64,000 nucleotides of DNA, taken from an uncultured delta proteobacterium (GTDB lineage: Bacteria > Desulfobacterota > Desulfobacteria > Desulfobacterales > QNYZ01). The notes under the pieces were generated by a model. The model made no database searches. It was not told where the DNA came from and worked only from the letters and a program-made list of their open reading frames with translations. The stretch spans positions 768,001 to 832,000 of the forward strand of contig CAWJQU010000005.1 in assembly GCA_963845145.1 (NCBI GenBank), given 5' to 3'. Shown piece after piece: positions 59,747 through 64,000 of the stretch. The first letter of the stretch is position 1. The number at the start of each line of letters is the position of its first letter. Both the position numbers and the translations under genes were made by a program.

Positions 59747-60802
59747 ATGATAACTTTATTCGAAAAACAAGCCATTACAAAAGTCCCTGAGATTCTGGCG
59801 AAATTGCTTGAGTTGCCGGGCAAAGACGTGTTTGTTGTTTCCCAAGAGAGCAAAGCCGGTCTGGATTTTCTTGTGAGAGCAGCAGATTACCATTTCCAGC
59901 TGGAATGTAAAAGCTCATCCTCCAGAGCGCCACTGCTTATGGCATTACGTCAAATTATGGAGTTCAGGAATTCCTTTAATAAGGAAGACATTCCTTTGAT
60001 TGTCGTGCCCTATATGGGAAGGTCCGGCATGGATTTCTGTAAAGAACATCGTTTGTCTTGGATTGATCTATCAGGAAACGCTCATATCAAAGCACCAAGG
60101 CTTTTGATTCATATCGAGGGCCGACCAAATAAATTTAAAAAAGCCGGCCGGCCGGCCAACGTGTTTGCACCAAAAGGTGCCCGAATCGTACGGCAGTTGC
60201 TTATTGATCCGAAACAAGGCCACAACCAGCGAGAGCTCTCGCAAATCACAGGTTTGGATGAGGGATATACCAGCCGGATTGTCCGAAGACTGGAAGCGCT
60301 CAATCTGATTGATAGAGATGATAAGGGGGCTTTGAAGCCATCAAATCCGGATGAGCTTCTTGACGCCTGGCTTGAGGCTTACGATTTTTCAAAACATCAG
60401 ATCATCAAAGGACACGTTGCCGCTCGATCAGGAGAGGAATTGCTCAGAAGGATGACCCGGATCCTTTCTGATCAAAAAATCGATTACGCGGCAACGGGAC
60501 TGGCCGGCACTTGGCAATATACCCACTTCACCAAATTCCGCATGGTCACTCTATTTTTAGCAGATTTGCCTGGAAGTAACCTTTTCGACCAGCTCCATTT
60601 TAGAGAGGATGATCGTGGCGCCAACACCTGGCTGGTAGTTCCCAACGATAAAGGCGTTTTCCATGGTTCGTCGGATCAGGAGGGTATTGTCTGCGTGCAT
60701 CCTGTTCAAGTATATCTTGATCTCAAGGGGCACCCTGAACGGGCGAAAGAGGCCGCTTCGATGGTCCGAAAGGAGAAACTAAATTGGAGGCGGGATGCCT
60801 GA
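59747..60802 (+). CDS. AbiEi-like type IV TA antitoxin/regulator (nuclease-like N-domain, wHTH)
   Basis: DFLV...LECK, IDLSGNAHI, QRELSQITGLDEGYTSRIV HTH, VHPVQVYLDL...ERAKEAA. Confidence 0.7.
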   Translation: MITLFEKQAITKVPEILAKLLELPGKDVFVVSQESKAGLDFLVRAADYHFQLECKSSSSRAPLLMALRQIMEFRNSFNKEDIPLIVVPYMGRSGMDFCKEHRLSWIDLSGNAHIKAPRLLIHIEGRPNKFKKAGRPANVFAPKGARIVRQLLIDPKQGHNQRELSQITGLDEGYTSRIVRRLEALNLIDRDDKGALKPSNPDELLDAWLEAYDFSKHQIIKGHVAARSGEELLRRMTRILSDQKIDYAATGLAGTWQYTHFTKFRMVTLFLADLPGSNLFDQLHFREDDRGANTWLVVPNDKGVFHGSSDQEGIVCVHPVQVYLDLKGHPERAKEAASMVRKEKLNWRRDA

Positions 60803-61655
60803 AAAACCTTTATTTGCGTACGATTACACTAAAGAAAGTGTAGAGTTAGTTCGCCAAACCTGCCTTTACGTTTCCACAAAACTCGGAGATTTGTTAGATG
60901 ATATAGTGGTCGTTGGTGGCCTGGTGCCCTCGCTTTTGATTCCGGATGATTCCCTTCCTGCAGGTGAAGATGTCCATATCGGCACCATGGATTTGGATCT
61001 TGGCCTTTCTTTGGCGATCCTTGATAGGAAACGATATGAGGATCTTACCCAAAGGCTTCACAGATCGGGTTTTGAGCCGGATGAAAACGCGGAGGGTAAT
61101 CCAACATTACAACGATGGAAGGTTCGCACATCCTCTGGCTTGAAAGTGACTGTGGATTTTCTGATTCCACCAAGCCTTGATACTGACAAGGGAGGGGATT
61201 TACGCCACATTGAAAAGGATTTTGCGGCCGTCATAACGCCAGGCCTTCGTTTGGCTTTTCAGGATAAAAAGAAAGTCCCATTAAAAGGCGTCACTTTGAT
61301 GGGTGAAAAGGCTGAACGTGAAATATGGGTATGTGGTCCTGGCGCATTTATAGTGCTGAAAGCCCTGGCCTTTCATCAAAGAGGTGAAAATAAAGACGCG
61401 TATGATCTTTTTTTTGTGATCCGAAACTATGGCAGTGGTATTGATGAGGTCTGCGAATGCCTAAGCCCTATATTGAAGGATACAGAAACAAAAAAGGCGT
61501 TTGAAATCTTGACCCGTGACTTTGTTGATCCGGATAGTCTTGGGCCGAGTCGTGTGGCGCAGTTTCAATATAATGAGCTGAATCCTGATCTCCAGGCGGA
61601 TGTCGCTGGATATATCCGTGAGCTGTTGGATAAATGCTCGAAAGCTGGATCGTAG
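60795..61655 (+). CDS. AbiEii-like nucleotidyltransferase toxin
   Basis: VVVGG, GTMDLDL, LKALAF..R...KDAYDL; overlaps upstream gene by 8 nt. Confidence 0.7.
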   Translation: MPEKPLFAYDYTKESVELVRQTCLYVSTKLGDLLDDIVVVGGLVPSLLIPDDSLPAGEDVHIGTMDLDLGLSLAILDRKRYEDLTQRLHRSGFEPDENAEGNPTLQRWKVRTSSGLKVTVDFLIPPSLDTDKGGDLRHIEKDFAAVITPGLRLAFQDKKKVPLKGVTLMGEKAEREIWVCGPGAFIVLKALAFHQRGENKDAYDLFFVIRNYGSGIDEVCECLSPILKDTETKKAFEILTRDFVDPDSLGPSRVAQFQYNELNPDLQADVAGYIRELLDKCSKAGS

Positions 61656-61663
61656 AATGGCGA

Positions 61664-61787
61664 ATATTCGGTAAACTACCGTAAACCCTTGTGGCTGTAT
61701 AGACCAACGTAGGTTCGACTCCCGCCGCCTACACCAATTAATAAAGATAATATCAAATAGTTATAAATAAATTGCTCGTTTGGTAAA
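61664..61787 (+). repeat. att-like site C: left arm + tmRNA-3'-like core + right arm (attP-like junction)
   Basis: Core GGTTCGACTCCCGCCGCCTACACCA; IHF consensus TATCAAATAGTTA 61751-61763; TTYGGTAAA boxes on both sides. Confidence 0.75.
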
Positions 61788-62148
61788 GTATTCGAAAAAA
61801 CCCAAATTGACGACTATATCAATTTGGATTTTTATTTTAAGAAATAGATTGTCGAATGCTTTCATTCGGCACCTCCTAAATCAATAAATTATGGTTTAGA
61901 CCCACTGGTTCCATAGCATTCTTGCTATGGATGACTGCCGAATGGAACTTTCAGAAGCTGCTGGATTAAATCGTGTGAGTGACCTACCTTGTTTTCACGC
62001 GCCTTATTTTAGAAAAAAGGGCCAAGCTAAAATAATCGAGGTGGCTATTTTAGTCAACTCGCTTGACTCCTACCCTGTTTTTTGTTATTTTAGCTTTCGG
62101 CGTTATATTAAAATAACGAGAATTATTATTTTAGGACAGTTTCAATCA

Positions 62149-63315
62149 ATGAAACGAAAGCTCCAGGGACAATACGTTACGATTTCAACCGTGGGAGAGA
62201 AGGCTCGGGCCTTTATCCCTGCCCCGCTGCCGCCGAATCCTTCCATCGAGTGGACGCCGGCGTTGCACAGCAAGTTTGACCATGCACTACTTGCGCTCGG
62301 TAGGCTGGACAGCATCTCGACCTTTTTACCAGACATTTCCCTATTTCTTTACATGTATGTTCGTAAAGAGGCCGTTCTTTCCTCCATGATCGAGGGAACG
62401 CAGTCGACGCTTTCCGATCTCTTGCTTTTTGAACTGGATATGGAACCCGGTGTGCCGCTGAACGATGTACGTGAGGTCAGCAATTATGTGGCTGCCCTGG
62501 ATTTCGGACTAAAGCGACTGGTCGAAGGATTTCCTTTGTCCCTCCGTCTGATCAAAGAAATGCATGCTGTGTTGCTTTCCAAAGGGCGGGGCTCCAACCA
62601 GACACCTGGTCAATTTCGCAGAACCCAGAATTGGATCGGAGGTACCCGACCCGGCAATGCTGCCTTTGTTCCACCGCCGGCTGAACAGGTGTTGGATTGT
62701 TTGGGTAAATTGGAGTTGTTTCTGCATGACCAGCCGGAACCCACCCCTGCCTTGCTCAAGGCCGCTTTGGCCCATGTGCAGTTTGAAACAATCCATCCGT
62801 TTTTAGATGGCAACGGTCGTTTAGGCCGCCTGTTAATCACACTGTTATTGTGCGAACAAAAAATGCTTCGGGAGCCAATGCTTTATCTTAGCCTATATTT
62901 CAAAACACACCGGCAATATTACTACGAGCTGCTCAATGAAATTCGTTTAAACGGAAACTGGGAAGCCTGGCTCGATTTCTTCGCCGAAGCGGTCATCGTC
63001 ACCGCTACCCAGGCGGTGGACACCGCCAGGCAGCTCGTAAATCTTGCCAATGAAGACCGAGACAGAATCAGTGGACTTGGCCGGGCGGCAGCGTCATCCC
63101 TGCGGGTGCATCAAACCCTGATGGGGCGTCCAATCACGGCTTCCAATTGGGTGGTGAAAAAAACAGGTATCACGCCGGCCACGGTCAACAAATCCCTGGA
63201 ACATCTGCAACGGTTGGGGATTGTCAGTGAACTGACCTCCCGCAAGCGCAATCGGATTTTTAGTTACACAGGATATCTGGAAATCATGAATCAAGGGACG
63301 GAGTTGCCCGACTGA
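62149..63315 (+). CDS. Fic-domain protein with C-terminal HTH
   Basis: EAVLSSMIEG, PGQFRRTQNWIG, HPFLDGNGRLGR; likely start ATG 62149. Confidence 0.92.
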   Translation: MKRKLQGQYVTISTVGEKARAFIPAPLPPNPSIEWTPALHSKFDHALLALGRLDSISTFLPDISLFLYMYVRKEAVLSSMIEGTQSTLSDLLLFELDMEPGVPLNDVREVSNYVAALDFGLKRLVEGFPLSLRLIKEMHAVLLSKGRGSNQTPGQFRRTQNWIGGTRPGNAAFVPPPAEQVLDCLGKLELFLHDQPEPTPALLKAALAHVQFETIHPFLDGNGRLGRLLITLLLCEQKMLREPMLYLSLYFKTHRQYYYELLNEIRLNGNWEAWLDFFAEAVIVTATQAVDTARQLVNLANEDRDRISGLGRAAASSLRVHQTLMGRPITASNWVVKKTGITPATVNKSLEHLQRLGIVSELTSRKRNRIFSYTGYLEIMNQGTELPD

Positions 63316-63459
63316 CAGGACAATAAGTGCCAGTCCTCCTTATTTTGAAAGATTACAGATGGCAATCTTTGAAAGAATACTCTAAAGTGGTTAAGAACAC
63401 CTTATATACGTATCGGGTGACCAAAGAATCATGACAATGGCATATCCAATGCAAAGGAA

Positions 63460-64000
63460 ATGACGATGACCCCAAATCAGAATCCGGATCTGAATCGGGA
63501 ACCGGACTTTTTTTCACAAGCTATGGCCTACGGGATTGATACTTTTCAACGTTCGGTCCTTTTTTGGGATACGCTGAGGGAGAGGGGGAATAACTACCTG
63601 ACCCACAACAAGGCCGGAAAACCTTCGGTCCTGGCATTTGACCAGGAGGTTATCGCCGATGGTCGTGATTTGGAGCGGCCCGTCAATTACACCCTGGTGG
63701 CCGTCACCGCTCCCGGTGGAAAACCACCCTCGCCGAAGAAACGACCCATTATCGTGATCGATCCCCGGGCCGGCCACGGGCCGGGGATCGGGGGATTCAA
63801 AAGTGAGTCCGAAATTGGCTTTGCTCTGAAAAACGGACACCCTGTCTATTTCATCACCTTCTTTCCGGACCCTGTTCGGGGACAGACCATCACCGATATT
63901 CAACAGGCCGAAGTGCAATTTATACAGCAGGTCACCGAACGCCACCCTGACCTGCAGGACCCGGTGGTCATCGGTAATTGTCAGGCAGGTTGGGCCCTGG
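63460..64000 (+). CDS. DUF3141-like alpha/beta-hydrolase-fold protein (runs off the right edge)
   Basis: Manual translation: QRSVLFWDTLRERGN, RPVNY, DPRAGHGPGIGGFK.ESEIG, GHPVYF, GNCQAGW. Confidence 0.85.
   Translation, partial: MTMTPNQNPDLNREPDFFSQAMAYGIDTFQRSVLFWDTLRERGNNYLTHNKAGKPSVLAFDQEVIADGRDLERPVNYTLVAVTAPGGKPPSPKKRPIIVIDPRAGHGPGIGGFKSESEIGFALKNGHPVYFITFFPDPVRGQTITDIQQAEVQFIQQVTERHPDLQDPVVIGNCQAGWAL

Noticed and set aside
55623..61787. CRISPR array
   Set aside because: Repeats are kilobases apart with whole genes between them; no cas genes.
63438..63453. Sigma-54 promoter TGGCATATCCAATGCA before the DUF3141-like gene
   Set aside because: Spacing fits GG-N10-GC, but the predicted TSS would fall on the start codons and the -12 context is imperfect; unresolved.
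63514..63945. 143-aa minus-strand ORF
   Set aside because: Antisense shadow of the DUF3141-like gene; most other short overlapping ORFs in the track were dismissed for the same reason.

Overview
64 kb of a bacterial chromosome whose gene content resembles a Desulfobacterales-type anaerobe (inference from sigma-54 systems, class III PHA synthase, LutABC and a REP/MITE-like repeat). Positions 1-50 kb are a dense organic/fatty-acid uptake and CoA-metabolism region. It holds an NtrC-type two-component pair, two LIV-type ABC importers, a TRAP importer, five AMP-forming acyl-CoA ligases, an acyl-CoA dehydrogenase, a CoA-transferase, a 3-hydroxybutyrate dehydrogenase, a double-MaoC hydratase, an SCP2-type thiolase, phaE-phaC, lutABC and a frameshifted Ugp-like ABC operon. 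Three clear sigma-54 promoters and several operators are visible. Positions 50-63.4 kb are accessory. Highlights: (1) a membrane-anchored zinc-ribbon/glutaredoxin-like ORF split by one in-frame TGA at the expected active-site Cys position (candidate selenoprotein); (2) three copies of a tmRNA-3'-end-like att core with shared arms, separating small integrase-free cargo modules (detox-like genes, an AbiE-like type IV TA pair, Fic); (3) a solitary integron attC-like site inside the first module; (4) phaEC embedded in an import/CoA-activation/R-hydratase gene run with no phaB in the window. No rRNA, complete tRNA/tmRNA, CRISPR array, transposase or integrase was seen. All product calls are from motif recognition by eye, not database searches.
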